DNA of 53,680 nucleotides. Source: Alphaproteobacteria bacterium. GTDB taxonomy: Bacteria; Pseudomonadota; Alphaproteobacteria; JAJTHO01; CANGYM01. The stretch is taken from the NCBI GenBank assembly GCA_947458145.1, contig CANGYM010000001.1, positions 1 through 53,680 on the forward strand. The letters run 5' to 3'. Numbering within the stretch: the stretch's first letter is position 1; the number at the start of each line of letters is the position of its first letter. Positions 19,244-28,734 of the stretch are shown piece by piece. Made by a program: the position numbers and the translations under genes. The notes beneath the pieces were generated by a model. It was not told where the DNA came from. It saw only the letters and a program-made list of their open reading frames with translations, and searched no databases.

Positions 19244-19897
19244 TCAAACAACCCTCTGCCCCGTTTTTGCCCAATCGTCACGAAAGGCCGCCAGACCCTT
19301 TTCTGTCAGGCTGTGGGTGAAGAGTTGATAAAAAATCGACGGGGGGCAGGTCACCACATCGGCGCCGATCAAGCTGGCGCGGCGGACGTGGTCCGTGTGG
19401 CGGATGGAGGCCGCCAGAATTTCGGTTTCAAACCCATAATTGTCATACATATCCCGAATGTCCTGAATCAGGCCCATGCCATCTTGACCCTGATCATCCA
19501 AACGCCCAACAAAGGGGGAAATGTAGCTGGCGCCTGCCTTGGCGGCCAGCAGCGCCTGATTCAAACTGAAACACAGGGTGACATTCACGGGGATATGATC
19601 CTGACGCAACCGGCGACAGGTCATCAGACCGTCAACGGTCAGGGGGACTTTGATGACGATGTTTTTGCCCAGCGTCACCAGTTTTTCAGCCTCCCGCATC
19701 ATGGTGGGGTGGTCTTCGGCGGTGACTTCGGCGCTGATGGGGCCCGGGACGACGGCGGCGATATCCCGGATGACCTCTAAAAAATCCCGCCCCGATTTAT
19801 AAATCAAACTGGGGTTGGTGGTGACACCATCCACCAGACCCATCGCATTCAGCTTTTGAATTTCTGGCAATTCTGCGCTATCAACAAAGAACTTCAT
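19244..19897 (-). CDS. tal: Short-form transaldolase / fructose-6-phosphate aldolase family protein (217 aa)
   Basis: [16 protein letters not shown]...GVTTNPSL...IVIKVPLT...SPFVGRLDD match the type-3B transaldolase motifs. Confidence 0.9.
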   Translation of the reverse strand: MKFFVDSAELPEIQKLNAMGLVDGVTTNPSLIYKSGRDFLEVIRDIAAVVPGPISAEVTAEDHPTMMREAEKLVTLGKNIVIKVPLTVDGLMTCRRLRQDHIPVNVTLCFSLNQALLAAKAGASYISPFVGRLDDQGQDGMGLIQDIRDMYDNYGFETEILAASIRHTDHVRRASLIGADVVTCPPSIFYQLFTHSLTEKGLAAFRDDWAKTGQRVV

Positions 19898-19925
19898 GAC
19901 ATCTGAACCCATAATGCAGGAAACG

Positions 19926-21908
19926 ATGCATACTTTTGCAGACACTCAGGGCTTCGTCAATGTTTTGCTGCCCATGGTGCTGGATCGGCCCCTGACCTAT
20001 ACCACGTCACAGGATGTCTCGGTGGGGCAGTATGTCCGTGTTCCTTTTCGCAATCGGTCCTTAACCGGCATTGTGTGGGAAACGGATGTACCGCATCCCG
20101 CCCTGAAAACCCTGAAGCCCCTGCTGAAAATCCATGATTTTCCGCCGTTATCCCCAGATTTTATCGCGTTTTTAACATGGTGCGCGGATTATACCGTCAG
20201 CAGTATGGGGAAAATCCTGAAACTGGCCCTGCCGCTGCAGGATGCCTTTCAGGACACCCCCAGCAAGCAAACCTTTGCCCCGCCTCAGGTGGCGCATCGC
20301 TCTGTGGTGTTTGATGATGCCCAAAAAGTCGCCCTGACAAAACTGTTGTCGCTCACCACAGAGCATCCGGACAAAGTGGCCCTGCTGGACGGGGAAACGG
20401 GATCGGGAAAAACAGAGGTGTATCTGGACATTGTGGCCGCCGCGCTGGCACGGGGACAGCAAGCCCTGATCATGCTGCCGGAAATTGCCCTGTCCACCCA
20501 GATGCTGCGCCGGTTTTCGGATCGCTTCGGCGCGGAGCCCGCCCTGTGGCATTCCCATTTAACCCCCGCCAAGCGCCGCGACACGTGGCGGGCCATTGTG
20601 ACGGGACAGGCGCCCTTGGTGCTGGGGGCGCGATCGGCCCTGTTTTTGCCCTATCCCAATTTGGGCGTGATGGTGGTGGATGAGGAACACGAAAGCGCCT
20701 ATAAACAAGACGACGGCGTTTTATACCACGCCCGCGATATGGCGGTGGCGCGGGGGCACAGGGAAAATGTGCCTGTGGTTTTGGTATCCGCCACACCGTC
20801 GCTGGAAACGTGGCACCATGTGGAACGGGGCAAATATCACGGGGTGCGCTTAACCAGCCGGTATCAGGCCACGCTGCCCGACATCACGCTGGTGGATATG
20901 CGGGGCAGGCCCGCATCCCAAGGATGGCTGCATGAAACGGTGATTGATGAAACCCGTCAAACCCTATCCCAAAACAAACAGGCCCTGTTTTTTATGAACC
21001 GGCGGGGTTACGCCCCGATGACATTATGCCGCGGGTGCGGCCACCGCTGGCGATGCCGCGATTGTTCGTCGTATTTATCGGCCCACAAGGCCATCGGCGT
21101 TTTGCAATGTCATCATTGTGGGTATAAACAGCCCATGCCGGAAACCTGCCCCGCCTGCGGCGCGGGGGAAGATGCCCTGATTCCCTGCGGCCCGGGCGTT
21201 GAGCGCATTGCCGAGGAACTGGCCACGCACTTCCCCAACCAAGAGATCGCCATTGTGTCCAGCGATGTGCTGAGCACCCCCAAAAAAATGCACGAAACGG
21301 TACAGCGCATCACACAGGGTGAGGTATCCCTGATCGTGGGCACCCAAATGATCGGCAAGGGCTATCATTTTCCCGATTTGACGTTGGTGAATGTGGTGGA
21401 CGGCGATATGGGCCTGTCGGGGGGGGATTTTCGGGCGGGGGAAAAAACGTGGCAGATGCTGCACCAAATTGCCGGACGGTCCGGACGTGGGCAGCACGCG
21501 GGAAAAGTGCTGATTCAGACCTTTGTGCCGGATCATCTGTTGATGCAAACCCTGCAGCGCCATGATCGCGAAGGCTTTTATCGCGCCCTGATCAAAGAAC
21601 GCACGTTGGGCCACTGGCCCCCGTTTACCCGTCTGGCGGCGTTGATTGTGTCAGGACGGGCGCTGGTTCGGGTGGATGCGGCCTGCCGCACGTTGCTGGG
21701 GAGTGCCCCCAAAACCGATGCGTTTGAGGTTCTGGGCCCCGCCCCTGCCCCGCTGTCGCCGCTGCGCGGGGAACACCGTATGCGATTTCTGGTGCGCTGC
21801 GCCCCGCAAAAACGCCTGTCGGCCTATATGAAAACATGGCTGTCGGCCACCCCCCTGCCCCCCGATGTTCAGGTTCAGGTGGATATGGATCCGGTGTCGT
21901 TTGTGTAA
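19926..21908 (+). CDS. priA: Primosomal protein N' (replication restart helicase PriA)
   Basis: Walker [18 protein letters not shown], and the Cys-rich zinc region [17 protein letters not shown]...CHHCGY...CPACG are present. An AGGA lies 4-5 nt before the ATG at 19926. Earlier in-frame ATGs at 19896 and 19914 would overlap or abut the tal start. Confidence 0.9.
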   Translation: MHTFADTQGFVNVLLPMVLDRPLTYTTSQDVSVGQYVRVPFRNRSLTGIVWETDVPHPALKTLKPLLKIHDFPPLSPDFIAFLTWCADYTVSSMGKILKLALPLQDAFQDTPSKQTFAPPQVAHRSVVFDDAQKVALTKLLSLTTEHPDKVALLDGETGSGKTEVYLDIVAAALARGQQALIMLPEIALSTQMLRRFSDRFGAEPALWHSHLTPAKRRDTWRAIVTGQAPLVLGARSALFLPYPNLGVMVVDEEHESAYKQDDGVLYHARDMAVARGHRENVPVVLVSATPSLETWHHVERGKYHGVRLTSRYQATLPDITLVDMRGRPASQGWLHETVIDETRQTLSQNKQALFFMNRRGYAPMTLCRGCGHRWRCRDCSSYLSAHKAIGVLQCHHCGYKQPMPETCPACGAGEDALIPCGPGVERIAEELATHFPNQEIAIVSSDVLSTPKKMHETVQRITQGEVSLIVGTQMIGKGYHFPDLTLVNVVDGDMGLSGGDFRAGEKTWQMLHQIAGRSGRGQHAGKVLIQTFVPDHLLMQTLQRHDREGFYRALIKERTLGHWPPFTRLAALIVSGRALVRVDAACRTLLGSAPKTDAFEVLGPAPAPLSPLRGEHRMRFLVRCAPQKRLSAYMKTWLSATPLPPDVQVQVDMDPVSFV

Positions 21909-21940
21909 AAGAATCGGCCCCTGAAGGGGTGGGGGATGGG

Positions 21941-22411
21941 TTAGCCGTTTGTATTTCCTTGCCATTGAAGAAATCCTAGGGCTACAGACCCAGAAGACTG
22001 AACAGGTTGGGTGTTGTTTTTTGGTGAATCAGGGCAAAGGACATAAACGGCCCTTTCCATAAAAGACAACACTTTTGGTATATCATGTGATCCGATTGGG
22101 GATAGCAATGCGGGACCCTTTGCATCTCCCTGTGAAGCAACAACTGTTCCTGTTTTGTCAAAGCCCACAGAAAATTTGTTCATCCTGTCGTGATAACGAA
22201 CAGAACTTTGGCCATTAAGAAAGCTGTCACCGTCTGAACATGACCCCCCATGGCGCGTAATTTCACCGTGAATGTCCCTCAGACGCTGGGAATTGGAAAC
22301 ATTCTCCTCGTGCCTAGGATCCTTAAAATATTGTCCCCCCCCCCCCCACACAGCCAACACAGCAGCAACACCAGCAACACCAGCCATCAATTGGCTTCTA
22401 GAAATCCCCAT
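21941..22411 (-). CDS. Secreted hypothetical protein, paralogue A (156 aa), carrying the poly-G tract
   Basis: It has a signal-peptide-like N-terminus MGISRSQLMAGVAGVAAVLAVW and two Cys (SCSDGD, VLCPDS). It shares the 5' control region and motif order with 22517-23086. The coding sequence is AT-rich. Confidence 0.6.
   Translation of the reverse strand: MGISRSQLMAGVAGVAAVLAVWGGGGQYFKDPRHEENVSNSQRLRDIHGEITRHGGSCSDGDSFLNGQSSVRYHDRMNKFSVGFDKTGTVVASQGDAKGPALLSPIGSHDIPKVLSFMERAVYVLCPDSPKNNTQPVQSSGSVALGFLQWQGNTNG
22335..22347. repeat. Homopolymeric tract C13 (G13 on the coding strand) within codons 22-26 of the 21941-22411 gene
   Basis: Direct count gives ttgt + 13 c + aca. The coding strand reads TGG GGG GGG GGG GGA (W G G G G). 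Confidence 0.95.
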
Positions 22412-22473
22412 ACCCCAATCCCCCCATTCAAAAATATAATGCGTTTATCCTACGGTTAAAAAAAGAAAAAATC

Positions 22474-22489
22474 TGTGACGGATGTCACG
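22474..22489. promoter_or_regulatory. TGTGA-N6-TCACG near-palindrome (core GTGAC-N4-GTCAC), copy 1
   Basis: tgtgacggatgtcacg lies 63-78 nt upstream of the ATG at 22411. It is embedded in a 25-nt block (22465-22489) identical to 23137-23161. Confidence 0.5.
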
Positions 22490-22516
22490 TTGTGGGGGCG
22501 CCGCAATGATGGGGGG

Positions 22517-23086
22517 TTACATTTGAAATGTAGGTGGTGCCAAAAGTTGCACAATCACAGGGTAAGAAGGTTCTTCCGATTTTGGCTTACAGGCTTTACT
22601 AACAGCCTCTTCCATGCCGCTCAAAAGTGCCTGATGTGTTTTGGTTGCATGTAAAGAAATATATGGCAATACAACCGTAGGAAGGGGTACTCCTTCCGAA
22701 AGTGGCTCTTCCTGCCCTTGGGGAGTAACCGCATAAGTGGGTATAATAGACACACTCCCATTTCTTAGTAACATAGCCTCAGTTTGAAGGGATAAGTTAT
22801 AGACTGGTGAAACAGGACCAACTGTGCTGGGGCCTTGCCATAAAGTTAGTATTTTTTTTTCGACAACACCGCCTGTTTCATCTGTAGAGACGGTAGTATT
22901 TCCATTTGAACAACGATATTCTGAAGGGCCCTTGATCCTACTCCCGTTTGTACGAATTGTTTGCTCCAACGCCCGAACCCGCTCTGCATCAGTCAAACCC
23001 TGCTGGGCCCCCACAGGCCCCGCCTGAACCAACACACAAGCCGCTGCTGCCGTCGCAACACTCAAGAATCTGTTGAACAACCCCAT
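22517..23086 (-). CDS. Secreted hypothetical protein, paralogue B (189 aa)
   Basis: It has the signal peptide MGLFNRFLSVATAAAACVLVQAGPVGAQQ and two Cys (YRCSNGN, KACKPKS) in the same order as paralogue A. A shared C-terminal motif reads LLSGMEEAVSKAC here and VLSFMERAVYVLC in A. I chose the ATG at 23084-23086, because the track start 23206 includes the upstream operator. Confidence 0.6.
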   Translation of the reverse strand: MGLFNRFLSVATAAAACVLVQAGPVGAQQGLTDAERVRALEQTIRTNGSRIKGPSEYRCSNGNTTVSTDETGGVVEKKILTLWQGPSTVGPVSPVYNLSLQTEAMLLRNGSVSIIPTYAVTPQGQEEPLSEGVPLPTVVLPYISLHATKTHQALLSGMEEAVSKACKPKSEEPSYPVIVQLLAPPTFQM

Positions 23087-23145
23087 ACCCCACCCCCATT
23101 GAAAAACATTATTCCCCCACCATACGGGCATTGTTGGAAAAAATC

Positions 23146-23161
23146 TGTGACGGATGTCACG
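23146..23161. promoter_or_regulatory. TGTGA-N6-TCACG near-palindrome, copy 2
   Basis: The same 16-mer lies 60-75 nt upstream of the ATG at 23086 and 56-71 nt upstream of the divergent dnaB start. Confidence 0.5.
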
Positions 23162-23216
23162 GAATGGGGTTATGCTGAAAAGATAATCGCGCTTCCCCCA
23201 TGACAATGGTTCCAGA

Positions 23217-24740
23217 GTGCCCTATAAACACTTTATGACCGACACGTTATCCCCTTTGCACGCCCAAGGTGCCCTGTCCCGAACCCCGCCCGCAAATTTG
23301 GAGGTGGAGCAAGCCCTGCTGGGCACTCTGCTGGCCAACAACACGGCGTATGAACAGATTGCGGATTTTCTGTTGCCGGACCATTTCGCCCATGGTTTGC
23401 ATGCCACCCTATACAGTGCCATTGTGCGGATGATTGACAAAGGGCAGATGGCCAGCCCCCTGACCCTAAAACCGCTGTTCGAGGATCATGCGGACCTCGC
23501 CCCCTTTGGCGGGGGCGGCGCGTATTTACAGGATTTGGCCGATTCCGTCATATCCAGCATCAATATCCATGATTTCGCCCGCATCATTTACGATTACGCC
23601 CTGCGGCGCAATCTGATTGACGTGGGACAGACGGTGGTGAACAACGCCTTTGATCTGGCCCGCGACGGCACCGCCATGGATCAAATCGCCGAAACGGAAC
23701 ACGCCCTTTACACCTTGGCCACCAAGGGCATGGCCCAAAAAACCTATGTGGCCTTTGGCAGCACCCTGACCCAAACCATGAAAATTATTGAGGCGGCCTA
23801 TAAGAGAGAAGGGGCCCTCAGCGGCCTGTCCTCTGGCTTTACGGACATGGACCGGTTGCTGGGGGGGCTGCAAAATTCCGATTTGATTATTTTGGCGGGG
23901 CGGCCATCCATGGGAAAAACGTCTCTGGTCACCAACATGGCGTTTCATGCATCGTCCCATGCCACCATCAAACGGCAAACCAACGGCGAGGTCAAAGTCA
24001 CCAACGGCGCCGTCGTGGCCTTTTTTTCGCTGGAAATGTCGGCGGAACAGTTGGCGTCCCGTATTTTGTCGGAACGGGCCAACGTGCCATCGGAAAAAAT
24101 CCGTCGGGGGGATTTAACCGATCAAGAATTTCAAAATCTGGCGCAGGCCGCCCGCGATCTGGCGGAAATTCCCCTGTATATTGACGATACGCCGGCCATT
24201 TCCGTATCCAGCCTGCGCACGCGGGCGCGAAAATTAAAACGCCAGCACCAGCTGGGCCTGATTGTCGTGGATTATCTGCAGCTGATGCAGGCCAGCGTGG
24301 GCGGACGCCCCGAAAACCGCGTGAATGAAATTTCCGAAATCACCCGCGGCCTGAAACAAATCGCCAAGGAATTACAAGTTCCTGTCATTGCCCTGTCCCA
24401 GCTGTCGCGGGCCGTGGAAAACCGCGAAGACAAACGCCCCCAACTGGCCGATTTGCGGGAATCCGGATCCATCGAGCAAGATGCCGATGTGGTCATGTTT
24501 GTGTACCGCGAGGAGTACTATCTGCAGCGCAACGAACCCACCCAGCGCCAAGATGAAGGCAAAGACGCCCACCAAAAACGCTATGACGAATGGATGACCC
24601 GACTGGCCGAGGCCGAAAACATCGCCGAAGTGATCATCGCCAAACAACGACACGGCCCCACGGGGAAGGTCAAGCTGTTCTTTGACGGATCCACCACAAA
24701 ATTCAGCGATCTGATGCAGGATGGCGGGCAGAAGGGTTAG
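23217..24740 (+). CDS. dnaB: Replicative DNA helicase
   Basis: PPANLEVEQALLGTLL is the DnaB N-domain. Walker A GRPSMGKTS, VDYLQLM and SQLSRAVENREDKRPQLADLRESGSIEQDADVV are present. There is no intein-sized insert. Confidence 0.95.
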   Translation: MPYKHFMTDTLSPLHAQGALSRTPPANLEVEQALLGTLLANNTAYEQIADFLLPDHFAHGLHATLYSAIVRMIDKGQMASPLTLKPLFEDHADLAPFGGGGAYLQDLADSVISSINIHDFARIIYDYALRRNLIDVGQTVVNNAFDLARDGTAMDQIAETEHALYTLATKGMAQKTYVAFGSTLTQTMKIIEAAYKREGALSGLSSGFTDMDRLLGGLQNSDLIILAGRPSMGKTSLVTNMAFHASSHATIKRQTNGEVKVTNGAVVAFFSLEMSAEQLASRILSERANVPSEKIRRGDLTDQEFQNLAQAARDLAEIPLYIDDTPAISVSSLRTRARKLKRQHQLGLIVVDYLQLMQASVGGRPENRVNEISEITRGLKQIAKELQVPVIALSQLSRAVENREDKRPQLADLRESGSIEQDADVVMFVYREEYYLQRNEPTQRQDEGKDAHQKRYDEWMTRLAEAENIAEVIIAKQRHGPTGKVKLFFDGSTTKFSDLMQDGGQKG

Positions 24741-24848
24741 GGGCGCAGACCCTAAGGACCACGCTGTTTCTTCGCCCTTTTGGTATTAGATTTGCCACTC
24801 TCTTTGTGATAAAGTGCTCCGTTCTTGATAAAACCTTGATTTTTTCTC

Positions 24849-26756
24849 ATGTCCTCCCATGCTTTACCATCGGATTCCGTTGCCTCTAAGGCGTCTTTGA
24901 GGACACTTTTGCTCGGCACCATCGGGGTTGTTTACGGCGATATCGGCACCAGCCCCCTTTACGCCATCAAAGAATCCATTGGCGGGCACCAAAGCCTGCC
25001 CATCGATGAACCCCATGTTTTGGGGGTTTTGTCCCTGATTTTTTGGGCTTTGCTGTTGGTTGTGACGTTCAAATACGTCATTTTGATGATGCGGGCCGAC
25101 AACCATGGCGAAGGCGGAAGCCTGTCCCTGCTGGCCATGCTGGATGAACGAACCAAAAACCCCCGTTTGCATGCTGTGATTGTGGTGATGGGGTTAACCG
25201 CCACCGGCCTGTTTTACGGTGATAGCGTGATTACCCCTGCCATTTCCGTTCTTTCGGCTGTGGAGGGGATTCAACTCGTGGCCCCAGAAATGGGGGGCTG
25301 GATCACCTATATCACCCTGTTTATTCTGGTTGGCCTTTTTCTGTTACAAAGTCGCGGCACAGAAACCATCGGAAAACTTTTTGGCCCCGTGATGGTGGTA
25401 TGGTTTGTGGTGATTGGGGCGTTGGGAATCTTGCAAATCATGGACAATCCTGTTGTTCTGAAGGCGATGAACCCGCTGCATGCCCTCGTGTTCCTGAAAA
25501 TCGAGGGGAAAATTGCCTTTTTGACGTTGGCCTCTGTTGTTCTGGCCGTCACGGGGGCAGAGGCCCTGTACGCCGATATGGGCCATTTTGGCCGCCGTCC
25601 CATCCGCATTGCATGGTACACGTTTGTGTGGCCCGCCCTGATTTTGAATTATTTTGGTCAGGGGGCCCTTTTGCTGATGAATCCCTCGGCCATTCACAGC
25701 CCCCTTTACGGTATGGTTTCCACAGAGTGGCGTTTACCCCTGATCATTTTGGCCACCATGGCCACCATTATTGCATCCCAAGCTGTGATCACCGGTGCGT
25801 TTTCCGTGACGCGACAGGCCATTTTGCTGGGTTATCTGCCGCGGATGCGGATTATTCACACATCCCGCACAGAGCTGGGGCAAATTTACATGCCCACGGT
25901 GAACATGCTGATGCTGCTGGTTGTGGCTGTGTTGGTTTTGGGCTTTGGAAGTTCCACGAACCTCGCCTCGGCCTACGGCATTGCCGTGACCGGAACCATG
26001 GTGTTAACCACCATGATGACCATCCTTTTGATGCGCCTGAAATGGCAATGGAGTTGGGCCCGCGTTGTGCCCTTTATTGTTATTTTCAGCATTGTGGATA
26101 TTACATTGTTTGCGGCGACCACCGTCAAAATTATCCATGGGGGATGGTTTCCGCTGCTGATGGGGGCCGTGCTGTTTATTACATTGACAACATGGAAAAC
26201 AGGTCGCATCAATTTACAGGAAACGGTTGAAAACGAAGGCATCACCGCCGTTGAATTTATCCAACAGAATCAACATCTTCCCCGCGTCCCCGGCGTTGCC
26301 ATTTACATGAGCCGCCCCACACAAGGGGTCCCGCTGGCCATGTACCAAAACGTGAAGCACAACCATATCCTGCACGAAAAAAACATTATTCTTTCTGTGG
26401 TTTCAACAAATGTTCCTTTTGTTTCCGCTGAAAAACAGCTGGATCTGTTGCCCCGTGATGAAAATCTGGTGCGTATCGTTTTACGCAAAGGATTTATGCA
26501 GGATTCCGACGTGCCGGAGGCCCTGAAAAGGCTGCCCGATAGCGTCTTGGGCTTTCATCTGGATCCCCAGACGGCTTCGTACTTTGTCAGTCGTATTCAT
26601 GTCCAGCCCACAGAAAGACACCAAAACCGGCAACCCATGTCCATGTGGCGCAAGTATCTTTTTGCATGGATGGTCCACCGTGCCACAACCGCCCGCGAGT
26701 TTTTTAACCTGCCCCACAACCGCGTGATTGAACTGGGAACGGTAACAGAGTTTTAA
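24849..26756 (+). CDS. kup: KUP/HAK/KT-family potassium uptake protein
   Basis: GVVYGDIGTSPLYA is the hallmark N-terminal motif. About 12 TM helices are followed by a cytoplasmic C-domain. Confidence 0.93.
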   Translation: MSSHALPSDSVASKASLRTLLLGTIGVVYGDIGTSPLYAIKESIGGHQSLPIDEPHVLGVLSLIFWALLLVVTFKYVILMMRADNHGEGGSLSLLAMLDERTKNPRLHAVIVVMGLTATGLFYGDSVITPAISVLSAVEGIQLVAPEMGGWITYITLFILVGLFLLQSRGTETIGKLFGPVMVVWFVVIGALGILQIMDNPVVLKAMNPLHALVFLKIEGKIAFLTLASVVLAVTGAEALYADMGHFGRRPIRIAWYTFVWPALILNYFGQGALLLMNPSAIHSPLYGMVSTEWRLPLIILATMATIIASQAVITGAFSVTRQAILLGYLPRMRIIHTSRTELGQIYMPTVNMLMLLVVAVLVLGFGSSTNLASAYGIAVTGTMVLTTMMTILLMRLKWQWSWARVVPFIVIFSIVDITLFAATTVKIIHGGWFPLLMGAVLFITLTTWKTGRINLQETVENEGITAVEFIQQNQHLPRVPGVAIYMSRPTQGVPLAMYQNVKHNHILHEKNIILSVVSTNVPFVSAEKQLDLLPRDENLVRIVLRKGFMQDSDVPEALKRLPDSVLGFHLDPQTASYFVSRIHVQPTERHQNRQPMSMWRKYLFAWMVHRATTAREFFNLPHNRVIELGTVTEF

Positions 26757-26833
26757 GAGTGGTTTTTTTGGGCTTTGCCTGCCCCGTGAAACACGTTACC
26801 ATTTAAAAACGCACCGCGAGCTGAAGGCCAACC

Positions 26834-28141
26834 ATGTCCCTTTCCAAAGACGACGCCCGTTATCTCTGGCATCCCTTTACGCAGCACGGACATCCCGAAA
26901 CGGCTTTTTTGCCCATCCTTTCCGCCAAAGGATCCTTTCTTTATGACGAAGCGGGAACACCCCTACTGGATTTGATTTCGTCATGGTGGGTGACCACCCA
27001 CGGCCATAGCCATCCAGAATTAATCAAAGCCATGACCACGCAGGCCGCCAAACTGGATCAGGTGATTTTTGCGGGCTTTACCCATGAACCTGCCGTCACG
27101 CTGGGACGGGCCCTGCAAAGCGCATTGGGGCGGCGGGATGTGTGGAAACTTTTTTTTTCCGACAATGGATCCACCGCTGTTGAGGTGGCCCTGAAAATGG
27201 CCCTGCATGCCCAAAGCAACTGGGGCCATCCCGAACGAAAACGATTTCTGGCGTTTGAGGGCGGATACCACGGCGACACCGTGGGGGCCATGTCGGTTGG
27301 GCACAGCAGCGGGTTTTTTGATCCCTATCAAAAACTTTTATTTCCAGTTCAAACCATTTGTTATCCTGAAACTTGGTGGCATGATTCTGATGTTTTACAT
27401 AAAGAAGAGGAGAGCCTCTCAATCTTAAAGCAACACCTGAGCAGTGGAGAGATCGCCGGCATCATTTTGGAGCCTTTGCTGCAAGGGGCCTCGGGCATGA
27501 GGATGTGTCGCCCCACCTTTGTTAACCACGTGGTGCGCCTATGTCAGCAAGCGGGGGCCTTGGTGATTTTTGATGAAGTCATGACAGGCTTTGGGCGAAC
27601 GGGCAGCCTTTTTGCCTTTCACCAACTTTCAGAAACACCGGATATTCTTTGTCTGGCCAAGGGCTTAACAGGCGGCATGATGCCCATGTCTTTAACCTGC
27701 GCCAGCGAGCACGTCTTTGATGCCTTTTTATCCACCGATTTTTACCGCAGCCTGATTCATGGCCATTCCTTTACCGCCAACCCCATCGCCTGCGCCGTAG
27801 CCAACCGCTCTTTGGCCCTTTTTCAGGAGGAAGACACACTCAAAAAAATTGCCGCCCTTGAAAATGTTCATCGCCGCGCCCTTACCGCCCTAGAAAATGA
27901 TGGCTTGGCCCACCGTCCTCGGGTTCTGGGCAGCGTGGCCGCTTTTGATGTGACACATGAATGTATGCCCTATAACACCGAAAAAAATCATTGGCTTAAA
28001 TCATTATTCCTAAAATCTGGCTTTGTGCTGCGCCCCTTGGGCGGGACGCTGTATCTGATGCCCCCGTACTGCACATCGCTAAACGATTTGGAAGAGGCCT
28101 ATGGCCGCATCGCCAAGATCCTTCAGCAGGTTCGCCCATGA
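26834..28141 (+). CDS. bioA: Adenosylmethionine-8-amino-7-oxononanoate aminotransferase
   Basis: YLWHPFTQHG, SSWWVTTHGHSHPEL, YHGDTVGAMSVG and FDEVMTGFGRTGSLFA are class-III aminotransferase features with a BioA-type N-terminus. Confidence 0.8.
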   Translation: MSLSKDDARYLWHPFTQHGHPETAFLPILSAKGSFLYDEAGTPLLDLISSWWVTTHGHSHPELIKAMTTQAAKLDQVIFAGFTHEPAVTLGRALQSALGRRDVWKLFFSDNGSTAVEVALKMALHAQSNWGHPERKRFLAFEGGYHGDTVGAMSVGHSSGFFDPYQKLLFPVQTICYPETWWHDSDVLHKEEESLSILKQHLSSGEIAGIILEPLLQGASGMRMCRPTFVNHVVRLCQQAGALVIFDEVMTGFGRTGSLFAFHQLSETPDILCLAKGLTGGMMPMSLTCASEHVFDAFLSTDFYRSLIHGHSFTANPIACAVANRSLALFQEEDTLKKIAALENVHRRALTALENDGLAHRPRVLGSVAAFDVTHECMPYNTEKNHWLKSLFLKSGFVLRPLGGTLYLMPPYCTSLNDLEEAYGRIAKILQQVRP

Positions 28142-28698
28142 CGGTGTCTTCGGTGGCCTTTAGACTGCTTGGGGTATTGTTTTTGGTGACCCTGTTTTGG
28201 GTGGCTTTGGGGTTGTGGCACCGCGCCCCGCCCCCTTCTCCGGCAGCTTTATGGCTTTCCGGTCCCGAAGCCACCGTTTTGATGCAGACATTGGGGAAAA
28301 ATTTTAAAAAAAATCCAGCCATAGGGGATGATCCTGTTGCCAAAGATTTCTTTTTTCCACCTGTTCGGGGGGAAAAAGATGGATTTTGGGACGGTCTGGG
28401 GATTCTTTATCCCATAGAGCCCCTGCAGCCCATTTATGCCCCCGCGGGTGGACAGGTTTTGTTTAACCGCTCTTTGGCCGATGTTGGCCATGTTTTTATG
28501 ATTCGCCATGACGATCAACGTATCAGCGTCATCACCGGCATGGCGCAGCCGGCATTTCAAGAGGGCGATATCGTTAAAGCCAATCAAATCTTGGGTATCC
28601 CCGCAACACACACCAAAACCGTGTTTTACATGCTTCGCAATCAGGGCAAGGCCGTTGACCCACGCAAAATGTTTGATACAGTAGATTCGCCTTTGTGA
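28138..28698 (+). CDS. Membrane-anchored degenerate LytM (peptidase M23-like) domain protein, EnvC/NlpD-like
   Basis: An N-terminal TM (LLGVLFLVTLFWVALGLW) precedes an M23-like beta-core: IYAPAGGQVLF...VFMIRHDDQRISVITGM...GDIVKANQILG. The HxxxD and HxH metal ligands are not present. The start overlaps the bioA stop (ATGA). Confidence 0.6.
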   Translation: MTVSSVAFRLLGVLFLVTLFWVALGLWHRAPPPSPAALWLSGPEATVLMQTLGKNFKKNPAIGDDPVAKDFFFPPVRGEKDGFWDGLGILYPIEPLQPIYAPAGGQVLFNRSLADVGHVFMIRHDDQRISVITGMAQPAFQEGDIVKANQILGIPATHTKTVFYMLRNQGKAVDPRKMFDTVDSPL

Positions 28699-28734
28699 TA
28701 CAAGGCTGATTTGACTCTTTTGGGACCCTTTTTC

